Below are positions 38,647 to 53,870 of a stretch of DNA of 64,000 nt, piece by piece (the stretch's first letter is position 1; every line of letters begins with the position of its first letter). The notes under the pieces are model-generated. The model had not been told where the DNA came from and made no database searches. It saw nothing but the letters and a program-made list of their open reading frames with translations. The translations under genes and the position numbers were made by a program. Where the stretch lies: assembly GCA_951406725.2 (NCBI GenBank), contig OX597826.1:62558001-62622000 (forward strand), written 5' to 3'. Source of the stretch: Octopus vulgaris (lineage: Eukaryota).

Positions 38647-39212
38647 CGAGAAACACAGACAGACAATCGTGAAATGAGAGAGATTCGACAAATATGGAGT
38701 TAGACAATAAGACAGAGCTTTAGTTTGAAATAGAAAACTTAACCAATCGTGAATATCTTGTTCGTAGGAATTACGCCCATGTACATCTGTGAATGGGCTA
38801 TGAATGCAGCACGGTCTTTTAAAATTGCACATGTATGCAATCATAATACACCTTTGTGCATCAAATGTTACGTATTCTATAGAATTTGGCAATTTAAGAA
38901 ATTGGCAGAGCAAATTGATAGAATCCTTAATGCTGGGTACTCGAATCGTATTTACAATCAAATTAAATATAAATGTTGCTGTTTGCCAGAATCGTTGAAA
39001 CTTCTGCATAGCGCTTAGAACAGGATGATTGCAAGGTTTGGAATTCTTTCTGCAAATATTTCCCTTTATAATCCACAAGTTTTTCTGATATACAGAAGCA
39101 ACATAAATTTGTTTTTTTTCTGCTTTTTCTGCTGTTTTTGTTTTTTTTCTTTTCGTTTTATAACGGACGCTGATACTCTACCGAGATAAAAATCCATTTG
39201 GATACTTAAAGG

Positions 39213-39356
<144 letters not shown>

Positions 39357-39576
39357 ATATGCATATATATACATATATATCCAAGTGTGTGTGTTTGTGT
39401 AAATATACGCTTGCTGCTTCAAATATCTTCAATTCTCCTCGTTTGTAGTTTCATTTTTGTCAATCCAACTTTCTTTAAGCTACATTTCTACTATTTCTTC
39501 CCCTGTATACACACTTCTGAAAGACGCCTACAAGACGAGTGTGGGGTAAAATGAAACTGTGTTAAATAACAATAAT

Positions 39577-39895
39577 AATTTCATTCATTTGCCACTTCGA
39601 TAAGGGGGTGGGGTGAAGCAATACAAAACATACATAAAGTGTAGGGGTTTACATATATAGAAATGATAAAATAAATAGTAACGGGGGCAAGTATACACGG
39701 TGTACAGTGAAAAACAAAGGGAAATACACATAGTATACAAAGGTTAACAAGAAAGAAAAGGGAGGAGAGAGTTGATATAGATGTAGTCCACCTGATACAG
39801 GATGACGTCTAGGGATAACCGAGGAACCCTACTCTCCAAAACCTCCTTGAACATCAAGGGTAATTGTCTCTCTAATTCTCTTTCTCCAACTCACA
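39577..39895 (-). mobile_element. Probable 3' end of another LINE family
   Basis: Pyrimidine-rich UTR ending GTGGCAAATGAATGAAA followed by TTATTA, similar in style to the Tx1 tail. Confidence 0.35.
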
Positions 39896-39915
39896 GGTCT
39901 ATATCTCCATACACA

Positions 39916-39951
<36 letters not shown>

Positions 39952-40164
39952 AACAAACACATATACACATAAGAAATAATTAAGATTCAGTTGCATTAGG
40001 TCCCTAAGTTAAGGCACTAAGTCAGTGTGTTGAAAACGTATATGGTTTTAAGCTTCCGAGGAGAGTAGTGTATTTCAAATCGATGTAATGGCATTGATCG
40101 ATTAAATGGAGCCGCTTGAAACGGTCATAATTCACAAATACCTGGACATCCTTGTTACTTATTT

Positions 40165-40339
40165 GCTTAGCCACTACACACATTTTTTCTCTCCCTTTCT
40201 TCTGTGTCCCTTTCTGTAGAAGAGCGTAGGCTCGAAACGTAAAAGACTTTTTCTATTTCTGAGCGTTATACTAATACATCTGTTTGTTTTGTACACCACC
40301 TGTCTTCGTCTTTTCTTGTTTTTTTTTTTCGTAAACTCT

Positions 40340-40342
<3 letters not shown>
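40165..40342 (+). mobile_element. Solo Penelope-like LTR with a minimal hammerhead (40210-40245), abutting (TA)n
   Basis: CTTT-CTGTAGA-A-GAGC(gtag)GCTC-GAAAC-GTA-AAAG. Downstream TTCTGAGCGT..TAATAC..TTTGT resembles 10815-10870. Confidence 0.65.
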
Positions 40343-40394
<52 letters not shown>

Positions 40395-42054
40395 GAGAGA
40401 GAGAGAGTGAGAGAGAGAGAGAGAGAGAGAATGTAAAGAAAGCAGAAGATATGAGATGAATATATTTATTTCACCAGATGATATCCGTATGATGACAATT
40501 GTTTCTCACCCAACATCATTGGAAAATAATTTAACTAAGTGTGATTATATATACTCGATTATTTCCTTTTAATGCGTTTCTTATGGACTTCCGGTAAGGA
40601 ATGCAAAATGATATACAATAACCTATTTTATAATGTCCCAAATGGAGTCAAATGTTCCTAACCCGACCACAGTCTTTGCATATGCATGAACACAAGTAAC
40701 CTCTCCTTTGAATTACTATTTGGCAATCATTGCATGTTTGTATATCCCTACATCTTCATTTGCTATTTGTGTGTTATATAAGTCATTGAAAAACGTTCAT
40801 TAATGTTGGCTTCCACGTTTATTATCATTGTGTGTGTTTTCTTCCTGCTTCTTCAGTACTAATAAAATTCTGTGTTAAGCGTGTTTCAGTTGCTAACAAC
40901 GTTTTCTGTTGAAACCACTTCGGTTGTAGGAATTGCTGTTACTTTTATAGTTTGTTTTATTGTCTGTTTTTTTCAGTTACTATTCTTCACAATTCTTCAT
41001 CATTGTTTGATAATATTAAACGCGCATTCAGTTAACAACTGCTTTGCAATATTTCATTTTATGGCTGTGTCTACTTCAAATTTTACTTATTCAATTGTTA
41101 TTTGCTTTGCCGGCATTCTAACAAACAATTAATGCTTTTTTGTTTGTTTTAAAAACGGTAAATATACTTTTAGAAATTTTCCTTCCAACATTGCTTTTAA
41201 ATATCTACATATCGGCTTGCTTCGATTCACTTATACGTACGTAACAATATTTGTAACAGCTTAGAGTTCAAAAGGCCGCACATTTTCAATATCTTGCTTC
41301 TAAGATATACAAGGTAAGGTTGTGGGTGTATTTGAATAGCTATTAGACAGAATTTTATCTCATACACCAGAAGAATACACATCACATTTCTATCACACTG
41401 ATTATATCAGCACTGTCTACGCCTGAAACCGATTGTCGAGTTGTAGAACAGAATAATTATTTTCTTATCTCAATGTATTTCGTTATGAAGTAAATTTGTT
41501 TTCCGCAGCTAAGATTCGAAATATGATGTCATCAGCTGGTAATCATCTTAGAACTTGTCCCAAAATGTTCGCTTGATGTAAACAATATTGATTTCTTTTG
41601 ACTAGAGAGCGTGTTCGGTTAACTTCAATAACGTGCCGAGGATAGAAAATGTAAATATTAATTGAAATGAAATCTCCGAAGACATGTTATTTAATCCAAA
41701 GCAACATTTAAAATTTGACCTCATTTAAATAAATGGATTGAAAATGAGACAAGTAATTATTTGAATTTGAATTCTAGTTTATAGTTGATATTATTAAAGT
41801 GTGGTTGCTACTGCTTCTGGCATTGTTGTTTAGCTTCTGGTCAGTACATGAGCGAACATAAGTATGTTCAATGTGCTCCGTATATCTAACGTCCTACGTA
41901 TTATATGAACAGATACATTATTTCAAACATAATGTATTTAACACCAGCTCCTGCAATTCTTGCTCTTAATTTATTCTCCCAACCATCAGAAAGTAGTAGG
42001 CAGGTGTAAAGCCCAATCGTTATTTTCAATTCGGTGTTCATGCCAGCCTTAACC

Positions 42055-42460
42055 ATGGTCAAGAAAATAGGGCAATACAGGCGGCCGAAATGGAGTTCCT
42101 TCGAAACGTTTTTGCGAAAGAATGCTAGCTGATAGAGTGCTTCGCCCGGAGATCAGACGATCCATATAGAACCGCTGCTTATCCGAATTCAGAAATCACA
42201 GCTTGAGTTCTACGGATGAGATCATTTCAAGAAAGAATGGCTGGACAAGTTTTACACGCAGAACCAACAGGCAGAGGAACCGGGGTATAACAGAAGGAAG
42301 ATAGTTAGATACTATTTATGACATTGGTTGGTCAAGCCTGGGGATCCAGCCGGATCAGTTGAAGACGGTTGCTTCTAATAGGACCCGATAGAAAGCGTAC
42401 TTCAAGACTTTCCCTTCTATGACCCTCACAGGAATAACTGAACGGAGATGAGATGAGGTG
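42055..42460 (+). mobile_element. RTE-clade LINE 3' fragment
   Basis: IQAAEMEFLR..DRV..EIR..IEPLLIRIQKSQL.FYG..RMAGQVLHAEPTGR..LGI..L..VA.NR across frameshifts, with a (GAGAT)n tail. Confidence 0.8.
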
Positions 42461-42971
42461 AACGCATCTTGTAAAATATTATATATGTACTTTGAGTCAT
42501 TTGAGGAATAAATAGCTGCTATTTCTATGCCCCCATGTAGACTCTTAATACTTGGTTTAGACAACGAATTCTATGTAGTGGGAAGTCAAACAAAATATTT
42601 TACAGCATTCACTTGTCTTACTTTTATCCTTTATTTCACGTGTAATTATTTCCGGAAGATATTACAAAGGTTGGTAATACAATAAATTATCAGCAACATA
42701 TCTGGGTTCATTGAACTGACCATATCCTTCACTTAATATATATACAGTAAGAAAATTGTATTTATATGTGCAACTATGTTCATGCTTAGCTCTAGATTAC
42801 GTCTTACTGAACAGATGTGAAGACAAACCTCCCTGCTATGAAGATTTCGTTCTTTAAAGACTATAACTCGGACTTCTATTACAAAATGAAGCTTTTATAC
42901 ACTTAGTACAATAATGTATGTGTATTTTAAAAGGATTTTGTTGGCATTTCTGGCAGATCGAGTCTCCATAC

Positions 42972-43090
42972 TCTCTTTACTCTTTTACTTGTTTCAGTCA
43001 TTTGACTGCGGCCATGCTGGAGCACCGCCTTTAGTCGAGCAAATCGACCCCGGGACTTATTCTTTGTAAGCCCAGTACTTATTCTATCGG
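42972..43090 (-). mobile_element. SINE family B 3' fragment
   Basis: Near-identical to 43385-43490. Confidence 0.85.
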
Positions 43091-43363
43091 TGTCTATCGG
43101 ACATGAAGCTAGCCGTCAGCAGATCGTGTCGTGCCTCTAGCACTGCATTTCGTCGCAGTTCATGACACGTATTATCTAATGGCAGAGGCCACAGACCCCT
43201 AAGTTCTAAGAGGCACATATATGTATATGTGCGTGTGTATGTGTGCATATATATATATATATGTTGAGATAGACATGCATATAAATATACACACTTATGT
43301 GTACACAGTGAGACAGACGTATGCACACAAATACGCACGCACACAGACACATACACACATATA

Positions 43364-43771
43364 CTTTTACTTTACTTTACTTTTTATTTGTTTCAGTCAT
43401 TTGACTGCGGCCATGCTGGAGCACCGCCTTTAGTCGAGCAATTCGACCCCGGGACATATTCTTTGTAAGCCCAGTACTTATTCTATCGGTCTCTTTTGCC
43501 GAACCGCTAAGTGACGGGGGCGTAAACACACCAGCATCGGTTTTCAATCAATGCTAAGGGGACAAACACTGACACACAAACACACACACATATATATATA
43601 TACATATATACAACAGGCTTCTTTCAGTTTCCGTCTACCAAATCCACTCACAAGGCATTGGTCGGCCCGGGGCTATAGCAGAAGACACTCGCCCAAGATT
43701 CCACGCAGTGGGACTGAACCCGGAACCATGTGGTTGGTTAGCAAGCTACTTACCACACAGCCACTCCTGCG

Positions 43772-43773
<2 letters not shown>
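43364..43773 (-). mobile_element. SINE family B, full length
   Basis: Minus strand starts GGCGCAGGAGTGGCTGTGTGGTAAG and matches the consensus through the tail. Confidence 0.92.
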
Positions 43774-43826
<53 letters not shown>

Positions 43827-45385
43827 GTATATATATATAAACACCAGAGTGTGCAGGAGTACATGTGCTTATGTGTGTGTGTGTGTGCATAACTGCACGA
43901 ATGCATATTTGATTTGATTTGCGTAGGTGAGTTACTATTCAGGCAAAATCCAATTTATATTCAAGAAATATTTAATCTATGAATTGGACTGTACTTCGAG
44001 TGTTAACCAAACATATTCATGCCGAAATGTTGCACAATATCAATTTTACAGACCAGGGAGAACTTTGCACGGAAAATTACATATGTATTATGTGGTTCAT
44101 ATAACACGGCAATGTTCTCACTAGGAGTTGGAGGAAGAATATTGAAAATTTATTAATATCTTTTTTTTAATTATTATCATCATCATCATCATTATTATTA
44201 TTATTATTATTATTATTGCTGTTGTTATTGTTGTTGTTGTTGTTGTATTACGTTCTTGTAGTTTAAAGACGTCATTTTGATTTCTTCCTTCGAAATACGT
44301 TCCATTCAAGAATTACTAACTAAAATTTAATTTAGAATACTTATCGAAGTATAATTGCTCGTGCTACCCACGAGACCCGGTGGGTAGACAAGAGAAAATG
44401 CTTCGTTTTTTTTTCTTTTAAGCTTTTAATTTATTCACACATGTTACATACTCACAGCCGTAATCGTTATCCTACATTACTATGTTATACAGCAAAACCC
44501 TAGATATAGCTAAAAAAAAAGTAAATATACCATTTGAAACTTTACACAACTAAATGTACAACAGGAAAATGAAATTGAACAGTACAGTGAATGGTTAATA
44601 GACGAAAATGTCCCAAATATTCAAAGTTTTTAATCTGTAAGACAATGAAAGAAATACCAACAATAATAGAAATATATATGAAGGTGAAAGATCGTCGCAA
44701 AATCTAATAGGAATAAGGTTTTTAATTTTTTGCCGATGAAAAGAAGGCTGCACTGCTTACAAAGTAATGCAAGTGGTCTGAATCCACTCTTATATTAAAT
44801 AGTAAAATACGTACTTCAGGACCTATCCGAAATAGATATCAAAATAGATATCATAGCCTGCAGCATTGTTAAAACTCCAGTCTCTGTCAAAACAAAAGCT
44901 GAAATTGTCAGTAATACGTCTGAATACAGTAATACATCTGTTCCCTAGTACATGTCAAAAACACACAAGTGTCACAAAAGTTGTTACGTAATGCGACGTA
45001 CCAAACTTAGCTAATAGTGACCTCTGTGTTATATAGTATGCAAGTATGGTTTTAAGTTAGTTAAACGAAAGCTGACTTGTAGTTAGAGAAAGTCAAAATG
45101 AATTTGCAAGTTCTTATGAAACCCGCAAGCCACCGATCTATGCCTGAAATGTTCTTGCAGAGAGCATATATATGTATGTATGTATGTATGTATATATATT
45201 TATATACTAATGGAATTTACTCATATGGTATTGGAATCTTATATGTATACCATTCTGCCTAAAAAGTGGATCTACAAATACAACATCAATATATATCTCA
45301 CATCTATTTTCTTTTCTTTCCTCCACTTCAGTCTCTGTTTTATATCTTATGTAAATTAACTATTTCTTAACCATCCTCCCACACC

Positions 45386-45433
45386 GTATCCGATGAACGG
45401 ATATATCAAATATCCTGGAAACAGCTGTAAGAC
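45386..45433 (+). ncRNA. Minimal type I hammerhead motif, same family as 10582
   Basis: GTAT-CCGATGA-AC-GGATAT(atcaa)ATATCC-TG-GAAAC-AGCT-GTA-AGAC. Confidence 0.6.
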
Positions 45434-45499
45434 CTTCCATTTATACATTTTCTAAAATCTACACAGCCTTGTTTTTTTATCTCATTACGAAAAAAAATG

Positions 45500-45548
<49 letters not shown>

Positions 45549-45550
45549 AC

Positions 45551-45601
<51 letters not shown>

Positions 45602-45605
<4 letters not shown>

Positions 45606-45796
45606 GGTCCCGGGTTGATTCGGGGTTAACCACAGTAAATAAGGTACTCAATACATAGCAGAGTAAAATTAATTTATTATATAGAAGGAGCTTCTACAGG
45701 ACTAGAACTGTTTCATTCAAGAGAAATCTTCATGAGCTTCCTGAAGATTTCTCTTGAATGAAACAGTTCTAGTCCTGTAGAAGCTCCTTCTATATA

Positions 45797-45802
<6 letters not shown>
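45602..45802. mobile_element. (TA)n-embedded fold-back element with 61-bp perfect arms and back-to-back hammerhead-like cores
   Basis: 45672-45732 is the exact reverse complement of 45742-45802, with a 9-nt spacer. CTGAAGA..GAAAC..GTC on the plus strand, mirrored on the minus strand. Confidence 0.75.
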
Positions 45803-45873
<71 letters not shown>

Positions 45874-46870
45874 CATACATTACTGTGCCTGGAAAATTCC
45901 AAGCCTTGACTAAAATATTAGAGGTGCCGTCGTCATATACTAACTGAAAATCTGATACTTCATTTATTGACGCTGCAACTATGAGAGGTAAGTTTAGCCT
46001 CCGTTGTACTTGAACTCAAAGCGCAGAAAATCTAACTGATCTTTGAGAATCAGTATAATCGACACTTCAAAATCTCGACTGGCTGGTTTGTGCATTATAA
46101 TTTATGATAATGTATTCACAGCTTGTTCACATTAAGTACATAAAAATATGATTCGATAAAATGTACATTTGATTAACGAAATCATGAACTCAAAACCAGT
46201 AATAGGCACATAGTTCTTATATGTATTCTTTATATGGAAGATTTAACAAATTACAGAAATACGAGAAATTTTATCATGGATAACTAATGGAGCCCATAAT
46301 AATACCTGCCTGCAAATGGGACAGAGAGGTCGATCAGTACCAGTTTTGATACGATTTTTCCCCTTAATATTTCGACTTCTCTTAGTACTAATCGACACCA
46401 GTAAAATTTGCTTCAATTTTATAATTGATTCATTTTAATGGAGGAAAATTATAAATGAATTTAAAGCGTGACTTAATTATAAAAGCATTTCAAAAAATTT
46501 TCGACAATACAAGCATGATTTATTATTGCTGCTACCGTTACACTTCAATATTATTATTTAAATTTGAGCTTGCGAAGCATAAATTAAAACATTAGAAGTA
46601 AAATTATTGTCACTTTTATTCATATTATTTTTGCGGTATATGTCGCCAAATATAACACGTTCTCGTTTTCAGAGCCATTGTAGGATTATGAATTACGCTA
46701 TCTCTTCGACATTTTATACTCAAATGTTCAAATTCTGCCATTCATCTTTTAGGGTATGATAATGTATCAGTGAAGTAACGGGTCGATGTAATCAACAATA
46801 ATAATAAAACAGTTTGAATATACTTATTGATTTATTCATCATGTCCATTTGATTTTAACATTGTGAAGAA

Positions 46871-47085
46871 GGCGGCGAGCTGGCAGAGTCACTAATACGC
46901 CGGGCAAAATGCTTAGGAGAATTTCGTCCATCAATATGTTCTGATTTCAAATGCTGTGGAGGTGGAATTTATCTTTCATCCATTTAGAGCTCGATAATAT
47001 AACTACCAATAGAGCGCTGTGGTCGATGTAATCGACTTCCCTCACCCACGATATTGCTGGCCTTGTATCAAAATTTGAAGCCGAT
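46871..47085 (+). mobile_element. Older SINE family A copy with alternative tail
   Basis: GGCGGCGAGCTGGCAGAG head; tail TTGCTGGCCTTGTATCAAAATTTGAA. Confidence 0.75.
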
Positions 47086-47364
47086 ATTAGGATTGTGAAG
47101 AATTCAAATGAAACGGTAAATATTTGAGATAACAAGGATTTGGAACAGGAAATCGGTAATGGTTCTACGAGTGATAATTGGTACATTAATGACTGTGAGT
47201 AGTGAAACAGGAAAGATCTTCAGAAGCGTTTTAAGAATTTGATGGCTCATTCAAATCTTGTGGATTTTTAAGATTGCTAGCAGTAATCCCACTAAAATGC
47301 TGTGAGGAATAAGACCAGTTCTGAGTTATGTTTCAAATAATATAGATAGGCATGTGTGTAGTCA

Positions 47365-47412
<48 letters not shown>

Positions 47413-47431
47413 AATAATAATAATAATAATG

Positions 47432-47488
<57 letters not shown>

Positions 47489-47535
47489 TGATAATAATAA
47501 CTAGCAGCAGCAGCAGTGATAGTAGTAGAAGTAGC

Positions 47536-47606
<71 letters not shown>

Positions 47607-48994
47607 CGGTGGTGGTGGTGGTCGTGGTGGTGGTGGTCGTTGTCGTGGTAGTAGTATTGAATGAGAGAGCGGTGCATGACCTCAATCGTGGTAGTAGTTT
47701 TGAATGAGAGAGCGGTGCTTGACCTATCATGACTTCTAGTCTGATAAAGATGCAAAAATCTCATGCATCACAGCAATATTTGCGAGACATTGTGATCTCA
47801 TATCAAGAGAAACAATGCAATACATTGCCGGTAGTGCTCAGTTAGGATTTCCTTCAGGTCGAGTAGCCCATCCTACTCATGTAGTCCCTCAATATGCGTT
47901 ATCCAAGGATGTTGAACGAACCACTCATCTTTCCCAAAGAACTCCTCTCAATACATGACTATGATGGTCTCCGGTAGCTTCAGCTCGTGACCAGAGATGC
48001 ACATATCGTCAATCTCTTAGGGATATGTTCAACTGTTTAATGTTATGCAACTGACAAGAATAGCCGTGGCATTGATTAGTATATTTGCTGGATTCTTCCC
48101 CATGCAATATTTGTATGAAGCCTTCTAAACCTGAAGCTGCATTGGACGGAATCATTCTGTTTTAAACAAGGATATATTCAAATATATAACTCTTAATAAA
48201 TGTGTTGAGCGTCTCTCGTTCTTTCGTTTGTGCACACTACGTGTATAGCCATACAAATGCGCACACAGGCATATATGAGCACACGAACACATTCCAGGCA
48301 CGCAACACATACATAGATATTTACACGCATGGAAGCATGAACTGAACACGACTGGAGCAAAAGCTTGGAATCCTGTAACTGCGCGTTAAACCGAAATACT
48401 TTACATCGTGGAATATTAGTTTTTAGCCATTTAAAAACAGACAAAGAAGTCTCATTCATCGTTTCGCTTGTTTTTAATTGCTAACTCAATTATCAAGTGT
48501 CAAAATTCTAACGTCGATCTCATTTCAGAAGATGTTCAATATGGCATCTTTTGAAAACAAGTAAGGTTTTATAAGCCTCCCAGGTTCTTTCTATTTTTTC
48601 ATAAGTTTTTTTCTCCTTTACCTGTCATTTATTTCTTCGATGATTTAAGCAGAGCGCATTAATATATAAATTAATTCTTTTATGGTTTCGACAGTTGTCC
48701 TTTTTGTATGACGGAAACTATTAATTTTCCGTGGAATGCTGTGAGAGTCTACTGGAATGATGCTTTTCACTTCAAAACTTGAGCAGGCGTATCTTGTTAC
48801 GTTCACATTCAAATATTTAAATATATATATATATGCTTGTATGTATGTATGTAAGTAGGGATGTGATTATGTATATAAATCTATGTATATATGTATGCAT
48901 CTTTCGATACTCACATCCAAATACAATTTGCGTACTTTTTTAATGTAATGTAACTTTATACGTAACTTTATACATACATACATACATACATATA

Positions 48995-49046
<52 letters not shown>

Positions 49047-49089
49047 TTATATAAATACATATATATATATGTATATACGTATATACATT

Positions 49090-49139
<50 letters not shown>

Positions 49140-49230
49140 TATGTATATATTTACGTACATAGATATATACGGATATATATATATATACATATAAACATAT
49201 ATATATATACACACACATATAAACATATAT

Positions 49231-49261
<31 letters not shown>

Positions 49262-49760
49262 GGTGTTTATGTGTACCAGTGCATGCGAATGTGTGTGTCA
49301 GTGCGCGTGTGTGCGTGTTTGATGCTGCGTTGGAATTCTTTTCGTAGCCCATTCAGTTTACGTTCGTATTTTAAATTTCCGATATTTTCAATAAGTCATT
49401 GTGTTAGACAAATTCTCTACTCTACTATAACTATAACAGCATATGAAACTACGAGTTGATGTTCCAAGCATCTACTGGTTCTTTTTAAATGATTCTCTTA
49501 ATCGCTTCCTTCTTGTGTTTTCTTGCACGGAATTTCTTTTTTGGGGTTTTCTTAATGTGCTGAGTTTTTTGGGGTTTTTTTTTTTGTTAGACACACACAT
49601 ATTTTTATGTGTGGATATGTATCACACTTTCTCATGCGCAGACACACAAACACACACACACACATGCACATAAAGTCATAAATGACGAAGAAATATTTCC
49701 TGACTTACATGTATATGCATGTATATATGTGTGTATATATATTACATATATATTTATGTA

Positions 49761-49850
<90 letters not shown>

Positions 49851-50035
49851 CATATATATATATAATATATATATATAAATATGTGTGTATGTATATTACA
49901 TATATATAATATATATATATATATTTATATATTATATATATTTGTGTAATATACATACACACATACATGCATCATTTATTTGTATGTAAACATATATATA
50001 GACATATTTATAATATGTATATATATATATATGTA

Positions 50036-50086
<51 letters not shown>

Positions 50087-50161
50087 ATTACACACATAAA
50101 GACACACACACACACGTAGGCACATAGACACACACACATATATGCACATATATATATATAG

Positions 50162-50193
<32 letters not shown>

Positions 50194-50906
50194 CACACGC
50201 ATAGAGTTTTACCTGTGCCTATGTCACACATTTACAGATTTCGATGTGAGTATTCACTGTATTTACACACACATGTAAGTGCATGTATATCACTCACAGA
50301 TTCACATATGCATATAATTGCATACGCTACACGAATTTGTGCATGGGTATTGATTGTGCGTAAGTAGCACTTATTATACACTCACTAATCTCATGTTGTT
50401 GCAGCAACATATATTGTATGTAAACTTCCTTTCCATCACTTTTTCTCATAACATACGAGGAAATTACATCTGATTCAGACCAATGTGCGTCTGTAGACAA
50501 GTGGATATTTCAATTAGGTTACCACGTGTTTTAGACGAAACTACTCGATAAATCAATCTCTCTTGGAGACATCTGCATGTTCCAAGTTGTTTAAATGTTG
50601 TTCTATCGACTAGTGGATGTGAATTATATTGGTTTGATGAAACAAGGTGTTCTTATTCAGAATTTTTATTAAATTTCTCTTGGTCAGGATTTGTAGATGT
50701 TTCGGTTATTCTTCGTAAACTCTAATACGGGCACAATATAATTTAGAGGAAGATCTTTGTGCTATACAATAGACATACATATAAGATCGACAGATAGATA
50801 GATAGAGAGAGAGAGAGAGATAGAGAGAGAGATAGAGGATGAGATGGAATCATAAAGATGGAAAGTATTGAAATTTTAAAAAAGTCTAATTTAATTAGAA
50901 TTAAAT

Positions 50907-50940
<34 letters not shown>

Positions 50941-50953
50941 CATAGATAGATAT

Positions 50954-50999
<46 letters not shown>

Positions 51000-51001
51000 T
51001 A

Positions 51002-51069
<68 letters not shown>

Positions 51070-51133
51070 GTAGAAGATAGATGATAGATAGATAGACAGA
51101 AAGACAGATAGACAGACAGATACAGCTACAGAC

Positions 51134-51217
<84 letters not shown>

Positions 51218-51629
51218 TCATACATACATACATGCATACATACATACATACATAGAAAAGACGATGCACAGATATAAAAGAACAGAAATAAAAGTGCTCT
51301 CTGCTGGGTGTTTGGAAGGGTATCTATACCGTAAGAACTTTGCGTAACCAGCCCCTGTCATACTGTCTGTCCCATGTCAGATGGAAGACGGACTTTAAAC
51401 GACGACGAAGATGATGTTGATGATGATGATGATGATCTATTGATTTACTAGAAGCGGATAAATTACAGGACTCAGTACAAATGCGGAGTAGTCTTTACCA
51501 TATTACAACTTAAAGGCAATAATTTCCAGTACACATAGTTATTCACCAGCTGATGATCGGAAGCGGATAATTCTTTATACTGGAAATCGAAAAATTTCAT
51601 TTAAAATGTGTGTATGTGTGTGTATGTGT

Positions 51630-51680
<51 letters not shown>

Positions 51681-51923
51681 CGTGTGTGTTGATGGTTAGG
51701 TTGTTGGTCTCATGACTGTACAACTGCGGTTTCGATTCCATGAGTGAGTGACGTGTTGTGTCTTTGAGTAAGACAGTTTGACATTTCTCCAGAACGCAGA
51801 GTGGAATGAACGTAAAGAGCATGAAAGGGTTGATAGAAATAGAATCGTACAAGATTTTGTAAAATGTGTACTTACATATAAGAGAACAAAGTGTACGTAC
51901 GCCGCTTTATATATATGTATAAA

Positions 51924-52733
51924 ATACAAAATAGGACAAGAACGCAAAACATCCGGACAACTAGGTGATACAAAAAGGGACTACAAAACATCCAGATAGA
52001 CCATTCCCCTCTTCGATCTTTCTTTCTTTCGCTCCCTTTCTATCACATTTCTTTGCCTTCTCTTCTTACTCATTTTTCCTCCACTCTTCACTTCATTATG
52101 TCCCTGTCTTTTTTTTCTCGCCCCTCTATAATTATTCTGTCCATCTGCTTCTACAACTCTCTTTCTCTCTCTTTCTCTCCATTCTGTTTCCCCTCCTTAA
52201 TTGTTTTGTTCCGCTGCTTCTATTTTTCTCTCTCTTCTCTTCCCACGTGGCCGATCAGCCAGACTGCTCGCTCTTTCTGTGGCTGATCGTGATCTGTGCA
52301 ACATCGATATTCTTCCTTGTATTTGTGAAATTTTTGTAAGGCTTCATTTCCACACGCACCAGCTTAATTCAATTCGTCCCCAATCGAAAGACACCTGTTG
52401 TCATATCCTGTTATTATTTTCATTGTACTTATATTGTATTTATTGTATTTATATTGGTGTAACATTGTCTGTTTTTCCGTCCTTGTTTTTGTATACATTC
52501 GATGCTTTCATCCAAGAAATCTAATACACTTAGCTTAGTTTTTCCTTGGGGCTGGCCAGATTGGTGCATTCTTAAGATTAATCAGCCGAAATTGCGAGGA
52601 TAATCTGGTTCTTGACTGAGAATAGAAAGCTTCGAATTACTCGGCCTTGTTTTTTTGTATCGTCTACCTAGATGTTTTGTTGTCCCTTTTGTATCACCTA
52701 GTTGTCCAGATGTTTTGCGTTCTGGTCCCATTT

Positions 52734-52738
<5 letters not shown>
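51924..52738. mobile_element. ~815-bp element bounded by ~78-bp inverted repeats, abutting (TA)n
   Basis: 51924-52001 is an imperfect reverse complement of 52662-52738. Interior is pyrimidine-rich. Confidence 0.7.
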
Positions 52739-52826
<88 letters not shown>

Positions 52827-53399
52827 TGTATGTATGTATGTATGTACACACACTTATATATATATATATAAGTTCGCAATGTGACAGCACAACTTTAATG
52901 CAACTTTGATGAATATATACAGAGAAGCAGCAACGCATATATATTTTGAAAGAAGTCTGTATCTATATCATAACTGATACATTTCTGCTCGTATTTATCT
53001 ATATTTGACTCTCACTCTGTAATGCCGTTTCTGCTGTCAAGAAGTGCTATTTAACTTGTTAGATCTCACGACTGGTTCATATATTGATTAAATCGATCGC
53101 TGAGTGGATAATCCCAACGAGAGCATCTATTTGAAAATATTTCATCGAGTGACAGAGCATTCAATGCGTCGTTGCTGGACATAACCAACTTTATCTTCGT
53201 GATTATTCAAAGATTAGGATTTGGGCTATGACAATCTGTTTCCAAAACACTTCATAGCTAATAAAGCATGACAGTTTTATAAGGTTCTTCTGATGTAGAA
53301 ACATATACACGCACACCGCTTTACACCAACACATGTATAAACACACACAAATTTGTGTATTCATACATATATGTACACACATACACACATGTATGCCGC

Positions 53400-53435
<36 letters not shown>

Positions 53436-53571
53436 ATAAACATATATGAACATTCATATATACATATATAAGCATATACACAATATGTATAAATACATAT
53501 AGATATACATATATATATACATACATATATATATATATGACACATACAGATATATATATATATATGCATAA

Positions 53572-53612
<41 letters not shown>

Positions 53613-53639
53613 TATATAGATAGAGAGATAGATAGATAT

Positions 53640-53672
<33 letters not shown>

Positions 53673-53684
53673 CAGACATACATC

Positions 53685-53732
<48 letters not shown>

Positions 53733-53749
53733 TGACAGACAGACAGACT

Positions 53750-53870
<121 letters not shown>

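Noticed and set aside
37786-39078. 430-aa ORF as a single gene
   Set aside because: Only 37786-38604 is LINE-derived. The N-terminal part is chance read-through across (TATC)n into flanking DNA.
47643-47725. 43-bp tandem duplication
   Set aside because: Ordinary slippage duplication with only two units; not CRISPR-like.
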